From Octopus sinensis (taxonomy: Eukaryota), in the NCBI RefSeq assembly GCF_006345805.1, contig NC_043008.1:25668001-25732000 (forward strand): a stretch of 64,000 bases of DNA. Reading direction: 5' to 3'. Under the pieces are notes generated by a model, which saw only the letters and a program-made list of their open reading frames with translations, was not told where the DNA came from and searched no databases. Positions 38,601 through 52,445 of the stretch are shown piece by piece (position 1 is the first letter of the stretch; every line of letters begins with the position of its first letter). Both the position numbers and the translations under genes were made by a program.

Positions 38601-41600
38601 GTATTAAGGCAGAGTTGGAGAGAAGTGGCTTCTAAAGGAAGCATAGTTGTGTATATGCATGAAGTATTGTTGCATTGCAGGAGTAAATTAAACAATCGTT
38701 GTAAATTTTGTGTCAGTAGCATTAAAGATAGTACATCTGGATTTTCAACCCTAAAAATGCAAATGTAACTTTGGCTGTAAGCTCTGTGTACTCTTTGGAA
38801 TCATAAGGAATCAAACTTGCATGGGGATTATGGAGAAGACCAGCTGGAGAGTGAGGATTCTGTTTTGAACATACAAATTTCCAGAAAACTTTATTATCTT
38901 AGTTATTTGTAAAGAATGGCTTGCATTTAAGTCACCTTTTAGTCACCTGCTGGATATGGTTAACTAATCCATTAACTTTCTTTTGTTATTCTCTTTCTTA
39001 TTTAATTTGCTTTCACATTCAACAAATTTACTGGAAAGATGGACCGCTGCAGTCTTCCAAATTATACTATGAGGTTTCTGCTTCTAATGTGTTTAAATGG
39101 TACTTATGCATCACATGTGACCCAGATTGAATAGAGGGTGTGCAGAAAGGTAGTACTGACATTTCTGAAATTGTAAAATTCAAGGCAGTTTAGGTGCTTT
39201 AATTCAGTACTTTGAGAGTTACATTTAGCTTTGAACATAAGTAGTAACAGTTCATTTCCTTTCTCATACCAGAAAGAAGTCTCACCCCTTTTGACAAAAA
39301 TTATACATGTTGCCACTATGAATGCTATGCAAAAACTGAAACATGAGAATATCATGATTAAAGACTCCAGCATTCCCTGTACAGTATAGTTATTGGTATT
39401 CTTATGTATATCCTTGCATCAACCTCGTTATGTTAGAGGACAGACATAAGAATATCACCAGTTGTTGAGACACATGAAGCATTGAATAGTTGTAGGGATC
39501 ATCATAACGTCAATATTGCATTCAGAGCTACATACAATAGCAAGAATGAAGGGACCTCTCTCTAGTTGCTTGACCCAGTAAAAAATAACAGCCAAATTTT
39601 CCTCTATTTTATTTAAATGAAAAGTCATATTGAATAATGTGTACTTGAAAAGTAATGGTATGTTCCTGGATGGACTGTTTTGGATCCTGGATTTGCTTGA
39701 TCATGGCTGACCTGAAGCTAATAAACATAAACAAACAACATCATATGGTTGAGAGAGTTCTACACATACTCAGTTGAACTGTTCAATGTAGCAACCAATT
39801 CTTCACAAAAACAAAAATCTAATGTTTTGTTTTCTGAGAGTCTGTTACAACTTTCACAAGTTGAAATTTGATAAATACCAGTTATATAGCAAGAACATAT
39901 GAACTAACTAGACTCCTCCCATCTGTGATGAAGAGTATACATTTGAAATCAACAAAAATGACTATTTCTATATATAAACATATAGGATACTTTTGAATTA
40001 TTCTTTTCATCTTAATGGTATTAAAGTATAAAACCTGAACACTTGAAACAGTTTCTGATGGAAACTTACTTTTAATTAAATGGAATATTGATGAGAAAGA
40101 GAATAGGTGTACATTTAAGTATATCTATAATGGCTAGAGTTTCACCAATACAATATACAACCACATTTCATATTTACTCATACCTTGCTATAGAAATGGG
40201 AAACAATAACATCTGAATAAAATTTAAATAGAACTCAAAATACAGCTTCAAGTTAATTTATAGCACATAGCAATATAGAAAATGATGAATATTCAAAATA
40301 TATAGCACTGATTTAAAATCTCTCTGATAAGTATGTTCTCTTTCAATAGTTGAAGCACTAAACTAAAAGTATCCATTTGCTGAGAAGAAATCTCTGCTTT
40401 AAGAAAGTAAAAATTAAAATAATTATAAGAAAGAAAACATTTGGTCACAAAATATACCATTAAAAGTGTAGATTTTTATGAGATTATACAAAGCGTTGGT
40501 TTATTTGTTCCGGCAAATAAACAATTTACTCACTTTGAAAGATTGTTTTTTCCCTGATATAATGGCAGTTTTATGAGGCTTCCAGAGCATTAAAGTTTAC
40601 ACATGAAATACTTCTTAGTAAAGACCACTAATCAGGAAATCCAATGAAAACAATATTTGGGGAAAAGCAACTATTAAAGCTAATCATGTAAATTATATGT
40701 TTATATAAAAGTAACTACAGTTTAATTAGTTTTCAATACTGCTTTGAGTTTCCTTTAATAAAAACTAACTTTGCATCCATTTGAAGCTGTCAAACATTTG
40801 TGAAATTGAAATTCTAAATAAATAGTGTTTATTTATTTACTTTGCTAGTCTGTGTATAAGTTATTTTTTAAAATAAATTTCACTAGTGACAAATTAGCAG
40901 CTTACAAGTTATATATATGTATATATAGTATTATAGCTGAAATGCTTCAGGTCTAATTTGCATAATGACAAAGAGATAGCCAATAAAAACATCAATCCAA
41001 TAGCCATGACCATTTTGTCTTCACTGTAGCCTAGGCTCAAAAATTTCCAATATGATATGCAATATGTTAAGGGAAATTTCACTGCTAACAGAATATAGAG
41101 AATGAGTGACTAAATTGCTGTTGAATTGACTACATAGACTCTCTTTGATGTTTAAGCTGTAAATGGATTATATCTCCTGCTGGCTCCATTCCATATTATA
41201 AATTTATAGCTTAATAGCTTCATTCCTATTTATGAAATCATTTTAAGTATAAGAGGAAACCACCATGACATTGTAGTAATTTCTCAGTGGATGTAATCAA
41301 CTTAATTTTTAATCTTCTCAGAATTATTTTACTTAATGCTCTTCAAAAGACATTGAATACCACATTTTTCACAGTGATCATTGCATTTAAGAAACCCCTA
41401 TAAATATGTGGACATTAAAATTTTCATTTTGGGAGGCTCAAATTTCAGTAAGAAAATACCCATTTGTTTTAATAGAAGCAGTAAGACTACGTTAACTAAA
41501 AAAAAAAGAAAAAAGAAAACAAGTTTGTTAATTAGGATATGAAAATGACATAAAATATCAATAAGAAAAGCAATAAAGTAACTAAAGATGAGAAATTGCT

Positions 41601-43029
41601 GTTGGCAAATATGGCCTGAAAAGCAATTAGGTTTTTGTAATGTTCTATGAAATGGGTGAAGCTAAAAGTATAAGCTTAAGAAACTGGTTTACATAATACA
41701 AAATCCTAATTTCATGGTTCTGATAGCTTTCAACGAGTCACACAGCTAATATAATTGGTAACAGGTATTATCTTCAATTTGAGAAGTATCAAGGGCAATA
41801 TAAAATATATATGATCATCATTGTATGTCCTAATGATTGTAAGGAGCATACATTTTAGTGGAATGATAGAATCCATGGAAACTACTTATGGCCTGTGCTG
41901 GTAAAATGAAGTGAAAAGATTCATATAATGGAATAAACTATTTTGCCACGTGGAAGAAATTTAATGTTTCAGTAATCTCTTAATCAGACAGAGGTAAATT
42001 ATTTATTATTGGTGTTGGATAAATAGATCAGGAATATAGATTTTGAATGATGCTTGTGTTTAATGTTCTGGTTATACATTTTGAAGGTGTGTATTATTTA
42101 TCATATAATTCTACTGAATATAAATAGATTCTCAACGGTTTCTTCCTTGATAGATTTTGAGGAAAATGTTGTTGTTAATGTTGCATTACTCTAATTCAGC
42201 TCTACTGAACCATTGTTCATGAGTTACTTTCATCTAAGATCTGCATGTTTACCTTGAAATGGTGAGGTTGTATACAGATAAAGAGACGTATGAATGTAGA
42301 ATAGCATCAATGCTGGATGGTCTGTAGATTTATCCCTGTAATGAAATTCTGTAATGAGAAAATCTGGCAAGAAAGTCCCGACCAAGACTGTTGGGGATGA
42401 CGAACACAAGCACAGAATTAGCAGAAACTTCTTTGTAAGGCCTTTGCTGATATAAAATACAAATAAATTGCTTTTTTTCAAGTTTTCAAGACCATGAATG
42501 TTTGATATAAGGAAGAATATCATAAGTGGTTTTAGTTCTGAGAAACCTCTCTGTGTCCATTGAAAGGGGTAAAAGATATTCATGAGTTAAATTGGCTATT
42601 ATCTCTTCATAAAGGTTTCTATCAACTTTGAAAATTTATATGTAAAAGTAATAGACCATTATTTGGTTGTATCATACCACCACCATCACCACCACTGCTA
42701 CTGCCACTGCCATTACTACTCAAAACTCATTATTATTTCTTTTAAGAGTGGTGAGTGGCAGAGCAGTGGACAAATTACTTAGCAGTATGTGGATGCGATC
42801 TGAGTTCAGATCCCACAAAGGATGGCTTTCATTCTGCAATTATTATATTGTTGTTTGGTTATTTGATTCCCCATTTATTCTTGGAGGCAGTTCCCTTAAG
42901 AGATCATATACTAATGTCTCAATATTCCATTTTTTTTGGTCTAAAAGACTTAGTATGCTTGAAACAACAACAGCATGACTACTGTTGCTGCTGCTACTGA
43001 TACTACTACTACTACTAATGGTATTAATA

Positions 43030-43330
43030 ACAATGATGATTTCTAATTTTGGCATGAGGCCAGCAATTTTGGCAGAGGGGTAAGCCATTTACATTGACCC
43101 CATGGATCAGCTGGTACTTATTTTATTGACCCTGAAATGATGAACGGCAAAGTTGACATTGGCAGAATTTGAACACCAAATGTCTCTCATCTAGGTCGTC
43201 ACATAGGATACCCCAAATGTGAAGATGGACAAAATGCCTCTAAGCATTTTGCCCAGCATGCAAAATGCTTAGATCCAGCACAAAGCATTTTGCCCAGCAT
43301 GCTAACGACTCTGCAAATTCCACTGCCTTA
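43030..43330 (-). mobile_element. SINE; similar minus-strand copies at about 44460-44680 and 45240-45450
   Basis: GGTACTTATTTTATTGACCCTGAAATGATGAACGGCAAAGTTGAC..GAATTTGAAC block repeated in the three copies. Confidence 0.75.
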
Positions 43331-43336
43331 ATAATG

Positions 43337-43349
<13 letters not shown>

Positions 43350-43374
<25 letters not shown>

Positions 43375-44295
43375 GATTATAATAATAATAATATTATTAT
43401 TATTATTAATAATAATAATCTTAATAGTCTTAATTGAGAAAGAAAGCAAACTATGCTGGATCAGAGATATAGCATGCCCAGCTGACAACAAGGTATGCAA
43501 TAAGGAAGAAAGAAAAGTTGAGAGATATGACAGGTTAGCTTGGGTGGTTAAGCAATTGTGTTCACTGAAAAAGGTAGTAGTGGTACTAATAACTATCGGA
43601 GCCCTGGGAACAATGAGTAAAAATCTTGAGAAGTACATGGAACAAATAAGAGCTGTAATAAGGGTGGAGCACTTGCAGAAAACAGCACTGCTTGGAACTG
43701 CTCAAATATTCCGGAAGGTGCTTGAAAAATAAGGGGTGTTACCTTAGTTCACTGGTAGTGAACAGCTGACACTGTGGTACATCTCCAGCATTAGAAGCTG
43801 TGCAAAGGCAATAGTAATAATAATAATAATAATATAATAATAATAATAATAATAATAACGATTATAATAATAATAATATTATTATTATTATTAATAATAA
43901 TAATCTTAATAGTCTTAATTGAGAAAGAAAGCAAACTATGCTGGATCAGAGATATAGCATGCCCAGCTGACAACAAGGTATGCAATAAGGAAGAAAGAAA
44001 AGTTGAGAGATATGACAGGTTAGCTTGGGTGGTTAAGCAATTGTGTTCACTGAAAAAGGTAGTAGTGGTACTAATAACTATCGGAGCCCTGGGAACAATG
44101 AGTAAAAATCTTGAGAAGTACATGGAACAAATAAGAGCTGTAATAAGGGTGGAGCACTTGCAGAAAACAGCACTGCTTGGAACTGCTCAAATATTCCGGA
44201 AGGTGCTTGAAAAATAAGGGGTGTTACCTTAGTTCACTGGTAGTGAACAGCTGACACTGTGGTACATCTCCAGCATTAGAAGCTGTGCAAAGGCA

Positions 44296-44319
<24 letters not shown>
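43350..44319 (+). repeat. Direct tandem duplication, period 485 bp: (AAT)n/(ATT)n block plus the 3' end of an RLE LINE
   Basis: Landmarks at 43374/43859, 43420/43905 and 43801/44286 all differ by 485. Encodes LIVLIEKESKLCWIRDIACP..IGALGTM..LQKTALLGTAQIFRKVLEK*. Confidence 0.93.
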
Positions 44320-44359
<40 letters not shown>

Positions 44360-44398
44360 GGATGAGGATGAGGATGATGATGATGATGATGATGATGA

Positions 44399-44429
<31 letters not shown>

Positions 44430-44684
44430 AAGAAGAAGAAGAAGAAGAAGAAGAAGAATTGCTTTTAATACAAGCACAAGGGTAAAAATTTCAGTAAGAG
44501 AGATTTGATTAAATTTACTTGGGTACTTGATTGGTATTTAATTTAATTTTATTGACCTTGAGGAGATGAAAGGCAAAGTTGACCTCAGTTGAATTCGAAC
44601 TTTTAATATAAAGATTTGTAACTAAATACTACAAGGTATTTTGTCTGATAGTTTAGTGATTGTACCAACCATGTACCCTTAATA

Positions 44685-44725
<41 letters not shown>

Positions 44726-44737
<12 letters not shown>

Positions 44738-45185
44738 CTTCAGACAAAAATCATGCCTCCTCATTGATATGACTGTCCCAATCAATATAAACGTATCTGT
44801 CAAGACCTACCAAAAGCTAAGCAAATATAAAGATCTTGAAATAGAAATTAGTGAAATGTGCAACCTGAAGACTAAAACAATACCTGTTGTCATAGGTGCC
44901 CTGGGAATGATAGCAAAAGGGGCTGATTGCTACCTAGCTCAGATACCAGGAAACCCAAAAATGGCAGAAATTCAAAAGATAGTGCTCATGGGAACTGCTC
45001 ATATCCTACACAAAATACTTTCTATGTAATCTCAAGTTTTAAAACAAACAATTTTCTTATGGTTTTTTAAACATTCTCTAGAACAACACTATGTACAAAA
45101 CCAAATATATGGCACCCTAGGCATAACACCAACATGAACTTCCAACTTGTTGTCTCTTGAGGTCTCTGGGTGAGACTTGGAGGTC
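44726..45185 (+). mobile_element. 3' fragment of a second RLE-LINE family between (AAT)n arrays
   Basis: CLLIDMTVP..KLSKYKDLEIEI..TIPVVIGALGMI..IQKIVLMGTAHILHKILSM*, then 3' UTR and (AAT)n. Confidence 0.88.
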
Positions 45186-45193
45186 AAACATAA

Positions 45194-45241
<48 letters not shown>

Positions 45242-48200
45242 CTTTTCTACTAAAGTCACAAAGACAGAAATTTTGGCAGAAGGGGTAAGTCGATTACATC
45301 AATCCCCATGTTTAACTGATATTTATTTTATTGACTCCAAAAAGATAAAAGGCAAAGTTGACCTCAACAGAATTTGAACTCAGAATAAGAAGACAGATGA
45401 AATAGTGTTAAGCATTTTACCTGGCATGCAAACAATTCTTAATAATAATAATGCACAAGAAAAGCACAATATGATATGTTATAAATACAGATTGACTCGC
45501 TTTATTGAACTGAACAGTATTTCAACTGTGTGTCTGTCCTCCTTGGGGACTTCTAAAAAAAAAGAAATAAAATAAAATTGACAACATTCGGAAGTACATT
45601 TAAAATTTGAACTGGAATATCTTGCATTCCTTTCTAGACAAAACAACATCATCAATTTTGCTTTTTCATAACTGATAACAAGGAGAAAAGAAAGCAGATG
45701 AAAAAGAAAAGAAGACAGGCAAAAGAGCATTTAGTTAAAAAGTTTTGTGGAAATGTGATGGAATTTTATCACTTTGTTCATCACTCTTAATACACTTTTA
45801 ACTCACAAGTAATTTTATCTTGTGAGGACTCAAAGATCAGTGGAGTAAGAATATTTTATGAGAATGTGTACTTTCAGATGTTTCTCAAATTTAAAATCGT
45901 TTGATTTAAAATGTTCAGCAAGTTTCATCATACTTATGTCCATTGAATCTTTTAGTTCATTTTTCTACTGTGCAACTGTCATCACTCAAGCTGTGTTTGA
46001 TGTATTCAGCTGCATACACCAAATAGGAATCATTACAAAAGGAATAAATCATAAGGATTTATACCTTCAATTATAATTTCTTTCCTTCCAGAGTCAATAA
46101 AATAAAATGCTGTAGGGGACCTCATACTTAGGATTTGTTTAAAATCTAGCAACATAAATCATAATGATATATACCTTCTATAAAGATCACAAAATACCGG
46201 TTATAATTTGTGGAGTTAATTTGAACAGAGCTTACCTCCCTTACAGCTGTTTTGGTGGATACAGCATTCAGAAACTCTAATGGAGTTTTTATTACAATTA
46301 GAGGTAATATTTTTGCAGTGATTAATGTCTACAATAGGTAGACAAAGAAATATTCATTTGAGATGATATTTTTCTGAAATATGTTGGTAACTTTCAGGCA
46401 ATACCTTTGAATTGCCAGCAAAATTTCAGTGCCAGTTAATCAGTAAAGGTAGGTATTTGGTTATAAATTTCACTTTGTCTGCTATATTTAGGTGAGAAAG
46501 TTTGACTTACATTGTTAATTTTTTCCATGTCATTTGTGATTTCCTGAAATCAGGATTTATTATAAGGTAGTCTCATGTTTGGTGACAGAAAAGGGATATG
46601 ACCATAGAAAATCTTCCTGAATAAACTCCATTTGATCAATGCAAACATAGATAAATGGATGTTAATAGAAAAGGATAATGATGATGAGGGCAAGAACAGT
46701 CCTAAAGTATATAGAAAACAGTAACTGAAAAGAATGTGGTGGAACAAGTAAGAAAAATATCAGCTTGAAGACATTTGGGCATAATAGAAACCAAGGGCTC
46801 TGGTTGAAGAATTTTCCCACCTATGTGTGAAAATAGGACAATTTTGATTTCTCTAAGAAAAGTATCATATGAATGGGCAAAGGAAAACCATTTTCATAAT
46901 AAAAGATAAGAATAACAAAGAAACAGTAGCAAATTACTGCCCAACTGCAAGCTTAATCTGCTGTGGAAGTTCTTACCCAGAATATTTGCAGATAAATGTA
47001 TCATCACCTGCTAGTAAATGAAATTTGTCTATAGATCAAAAAGGTTGATACCCTACAACATTGTTGAAAATGTCATCAATATCATGGCTTCTAGCATGTG
47101 GCATTAGAAAACAAATCTTTATGAGATAGGTTAATATTAAATGAAGCATTTTCCAAGGTGATGCCTATTTGCCCTTTATTTCATTTTTTTGCCTTATTGA
47201 TAATATTGTTGATGATATTACATGAAATAGGGTTGGGTACTACCTTGGATAGAAAATCCTAGAGATTACCATTTTCATTTATGAACACCCTAAAACTGTT
47301 TGGTAAGTGAGAAAACCACATGAATATGCTTGTAAAAGTGGTACACTTGTAAAAGTGGTTGCCAGACTATAGTTGCTATAGTTGCTAGAGATGGGAATGG
47401 AGTTTGGTATCTTAAAATGTATGGTAGTTAATTTGAAGAGAGGTAGAAAGTGACATAACATGATATTCAGCTATCATTGGCCTTGACAGTGACTGCTATA
47501 AATATCTGGGCTTACTAGATTAAATAACTTTTTAAGGTGGAAAGATGATGGTAAGTATGACAGATATGTTTAAGACGGCTGAAAGTGAGAGTGAAAAGCA
47601 ACATATATTTCAGAAATTTAAACACAACCTTCAACAGCAGGACCCTGTCAGTGACACACTGCAGTACTGTGATCCTTCATTAGGCTGAAAAGTAGATTAA
47701 CAACAGTGATAGAAATATACCAGCTTCTGTGGTTCACTTATACATCTAATAAAAGAATGGATGTTGAAGGATTATCAGCATTGAAATATATGATGCCAAT
47801 AGATGTAGATCATTCAATAAATATTTAGCAATTAGTGAAGAATTGCTGATGCAGTATATTGCAGAATGTATTGACTTAGTTAAATAAAGCATTTAGAACC
47901 AGAGTGACTACCAAGAAAATGGAATGGTAGAACAGTAAAGTAAATATAAACATATAACCCTACATGACTAGTTGAAGGAAATATAGAACCTGCTCAGATT
48001 TTCTGGAAATCCTGATAAAGGGGATCTGAAATACAAAATTGAAAGCCTAGCATATGCAACCCAGAACCAACCCCTTCAATTCAGTGAAAAAAACATATGT
48101 TATCAGAAGAATTAGGTAAATGTAAGTTATAAGGTAATGAAGTAGAGAATGTGATGTACAATATAAATTCCACCGATAATTGCAGAAGAGTAAAAGTTAT

Positions 48201-49054
48201 TAAGACTGACTACAGTCCTTGATTAGCATTTAATTTTATTGACTCAGGAGGCCTAGAAGTCACTGTTGACTCTAGCAGGATTTGAACTCAGAAACTTATG
48301 GAACTATAATTGAATACTTATTAGCAAGGAGTTTGCCCATCACTCTAATGATACTGTTACTCTTTACCCTCTTATAGCAGTAATTTCTAATTTGACCAAA
48401 CAGCTTTGTATCTAGGACTACTTTAACCAATGTGTCCTTTACTATTTTAGCTGGTACGGTGGAATATAGAGGAAACTTGGTAGCTAATTCTTGCAGTATA
48501 AGTGTTTGCATAAAGTTTGTTTATGAATGGGCAAAACTCCTGCTTTGTTTCCAAGAAATAGAAGTTGATAGTAAGTATTATGAAATATGTAATTTTTTTG
48601 TGCACATGTTTTTACTAACAGCTATTAAATAGAAAATTGTAGCCAAGTATAGTGTGTTTGAATCCAGTCCTTAATGTGAGGCTTTGTATGAGTAGTATAA
48701 ATATATTATTGCTGAATCAGGCAATAAATTGATTTATGCAGCAAAACATATTGCATATAGGCAGTTTTTGATGATTTTATTTTTATTTTTAATACGGAGA
48801 TGCTATTTCAGTTTTATATTTTCCTTTTCACGTGTTATTTCTCTAATTAAGATTTGTTCAAAATTGGTGTGATATGTAATATTTTTTATGTTTTTAACTT
48901 TTTCTTTAATATATATTTTTGCAATGCACAGAAACTATTTCAATTGAAGTCATAACTTTACTTATGTACATGCATAACTTTACTCACACACACACACGGG
49001 TGTGTGTCTGTATACGTGTGTGTGTTTTGTGTGTGTAAGTGTGTGTGGGGGTTT

Positions 49055-49085
<31 letters not shown>

Positions 49086-49189
49086 GTGTATAATTTGTCA
49101 ATATATCGTAGTTTTCTGAGATATCAATTTACTTTAGTTTGTTAAATGTTGGCATGTACGAAAATTGCTTTGACATTTTCATTACACTC

Positions 49190-49239
<50 letters not shown>

Positions 49240-50119
49240 ATGTTTCTTCCTATAATTCAAATATTCAAATTTAATGTTATATAGTGCTTGTTTTCAATCC
49301 TTTTTCCTTCACAGTACTACAATTTGAAAATTTGCTTTCAGCTTTTATCCATATAATTCTTTAGATTGTTCAGGTTTAGTGTCATACACACATGTTTTTT
49401 CATTTACTTTTGAAAATGGTACATTTGTGAAGACTACCACCATTTTCTTTCTCCTCAACAACATGATGCCAAGACTGAAAAGCAAAATATAGAAGAAAAA
49501 TTACATGGAAATGTATTTGTACCAATAGCAGCTGGGTACTTTAATTTAAAGCATAGTGCAGAGCACCCATCAGGAACGGAAGCATGTCACAACAACTAAT
49601 AGCTAGGACCTAGTGCAGTACTGAACAGGCTTCCTTCAATTAAACAAGAACCAGCAATATTCTTTACCAGCATATTTAATATAGAGAGTAATTTTGTAGT
49701 GAGGAAGAAAATAACAGTATTATGCAATGACTAATTATTATTTTCATTTTCCCATCTACTACAGCATAAGCTTTGGTTTTATTATAACCTCGTAAATGCA
49801 ACATGACATGAGGTTTACAGAGAACATGGCAAAGGACTGTGATGATCAGCAACAAGCAGGGTTGAGAAAGATCTACCCACATATACAAGCATGGCAAAAA
49901 AAACCCCCAGTAGCTAGTGATAAAAGCTGGATGGTGTAATGATAAAAAAAATAAATTGAGAGTGTCAGAGCACATACATCACTGATAACATAAATCTCCA
50001 TCAATGTTACCCCATTAAAATGGGTCTCAAATTTTAAAGGTAGAAATGATGATAATGAATATGTATGTAATAATACTTCCTACCCTGAAACTGTTAAAGC
50101 TATTTTTGTGCATGATAAA

Positions 50120-52140
50120 GATCAATGCCTGAAATACTTACAATACTGAACAACAGCTGGATTTTATCACAGTATAGAGGGATGGATTTTGGTAAAAAGA
50201 AATATTCAAATTTTACAGTTGATGTGGAAAAACTGTTCCCCAAACCTAAAATCTTTGCATCACTAGTCTTTCTATATTCTGTGTTCCTCAAAATGAGTGC
50301 TACAACCACCTTGGCATTGATGAAAATATATCAAACAATTATACTGAGAACAAAAATAGAGAGATCAGAGAATATAACACCAGACTTCAAAAATACAGTA
50401 GTCAGAAATTTCTTCTTATAACAAGACAATATCCCATAATGCATTTGTACTAAATATACTGATATCAACATTTGGGATACTCAGCTGGTCAAGGGAGGAA
50501 ATCCATCCCATAGACATTAAAATTTGCAAGATCCTGATATCAGCTACAAATTTACCCAGCAACAGGAATACTGGCCAATTACCTCAGAAGAAAAAAAGGA
50601 GGAAGAAGCTTAAAATCAGTACAGACAGCTTTCAAGTGCCATTCAAACAATTTCCATTGTATACTTGCTAAACTATGGCAGCAACAATACATACATCAAC
50701 CAAGTAGTTAAGTTAAGTTAAGTTAATTTTTACCAAAATCCATCCCTCTATACTGTGATAAAATCCAGCTGTTGTAGGGGGGCATGGAGTTATGTACAGG
50801 AAGGGTGTTCATGCAAAGAGTTCAGGCCATTTCTGGTCAAAAGAGACTTTGAACTGAGCGGTCATCGGCATCTGCACTATCTCATCCGGCAGCTTATTCC
50901 ATGTATCCACAACCCGGATGGAGAAAGCCCCTTGCCCTTGATTAAGATGAAATCGTCGCAGATAGAGCTTTTCGGAGTGACCCCGCAGCTAATGCTCTTG
51001 AGCAGGAGTGAAGAACAGCTCTTTCGAGAGGTTACACTTCCCGCTTATGATGTTGTGAGCGAGAATGAGATCACCATGGCATCGTCGTTTTTCTAGAGAA
51101 TAAAGGTTGAGCGTCTTCAGCCTTTCTTCATAAGACAAATGCTTGAGACCAAGAACCATGCAGGTAGCCAGCTTCTGGACTCTTTCGGGATGATGTATGT
51201 CTTTGAGGAGATAAGGAGAAGAGGCTTGAATCCCGTACTCCAATATGGGTCTCACCAGCGTGACATAGAGCGGTAGGAACTAAAAAATAAAGTGAATAAC
51301 ATCCAGTAGGTTGTTGATAGTGAAATTCTCAAGAAAATCTCACTTCCTGACGGCCATCCATAAAAGCCCAGAAATGCAGGACTTGTATATCTAAGCAAAA
51401 ACCTGGAAGGGAAATACTTTGCATACCACAAAAATGTTATACATATGTTTCCCATAAACTCAAAAAGGATGACATTATCATGAGAAGTAGCCTGTCTTGA
51501 ACTCATGATTGCTACATCATGTTACACATTGAAAGGCTATGCTTTTGCAATCCAAGTACAAATTCTATGGGCAAATGGGACAACAAAGCTTTTAAAATGT
51601 GAATATGCAACTGCAACTGTTGATTAAGTTATTTGTTAGTGGACAACATATCACATGCATTCAGTAGCTGGCCAAAAATATCATCTAGGTACTACTGCCC
51701 AGTGTGATGTGATGCAGTTACTAAACAATAATCAGTGCCATTTGTAGAAAAGACTGGTCTAGGATAAAAATAAACAATACTTTTTCTATGATCCATACTT
51801 ATCAATGTTGGTGTGACATTCTTGTTAAAACTTCTGTCAGGTGCAAGCATAACAGACCTGTTATAGTTGTTTGGAAAAGGAAAATAATATCATCTGCCAT
51901 CATAGATATTAGCTGCCCTTCAGATGTGAACATCTCTTCCAAACTCCATGACAAGTTCTCTGTTTATGGACAACTGCTTTGAAACATGCAGCTCCTGTAC
52001 CCTAGTTATGAATTTACATTTTTGAAATATGAAGCTCTTGTACCCTAAATATGAATTTACATTTATACTAATACTCTTGGTGCACTTGGATATGTTAAAA
52101 ACTATCTCAGTGAAAATCTGGAAATGATAGGCCATCAGCA
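50120..52140 (+). mobile_element. Old decayed RLE-type LINE (RT tail to endonuclease) interrupted by a CR1 insertion
   Basis: LSQYRGMDFGKKK (compare FSKDIGTEFGIDK at 34.25 kb), YNHLGIDE (YKYLG-like), FGILSWSREEI, GYAFAIQ, HNRPVIVV..IIDISCP, LGALG. Confidence 0.7.
50706..51283 (-). mobile_element. CR1-type LINE, 5'-truncated, with (TTAAC)n tail
   Basis: LVRPILEYG..ERVQKLAT..LSYEERLKTLNLYSLEKRR..GDLI, RVVDTWNKLP; four TTAAC tail repeats at 50706-50726. Confidence 0.92.
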
Positions 52141-52382
52141 AGAGATTGGTTTACGTGGTCTTACTACAAAGGCAATCCATAAATGAAACTAAAAATATGT
52201 AAAAGTTTCTTAATGCCTGATATATAACAATTATTATTGTTATCTAAATTCCAGTGATGAAGCTTTTGTTTCTTTGTTAAAACCTAATTCCCTCCTTCAA
52301 GGAAGAATTCTAATAAACAAATAAAAGAAAAACTGAAACAATACAATCACGCATAAATACATGCTTACCTATATACATACAG

Positions 52383-52445
<63 letters not shown>

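Noticed and set aside
39286-39376. Candidate minus-strand exon (acceptor TGTACAG, donor GTGAGA), two open frames
   Set aside because: No recognisable protein, and no consistent exon chain could be built with other candidates.
42253-42446. Candidate minus-strand exon with AG/GT boundaries and one open frame
   Set aside because: Several alternative acceptors and an unrecognisable peptide; cannot be supported without transcript data.
48296-48570. Protein-like minus ORF and overlapping 120-nt plus-strand candidate exon
   Set aside because: The minus ORF runs into a SINE head; the plus candidate has no recognisable product.
51978-52063. 43-bp two-copy tandem repeat inside the old RLE LINE
   Set aside because: Diverged ordinary local duplication with no functional indication.
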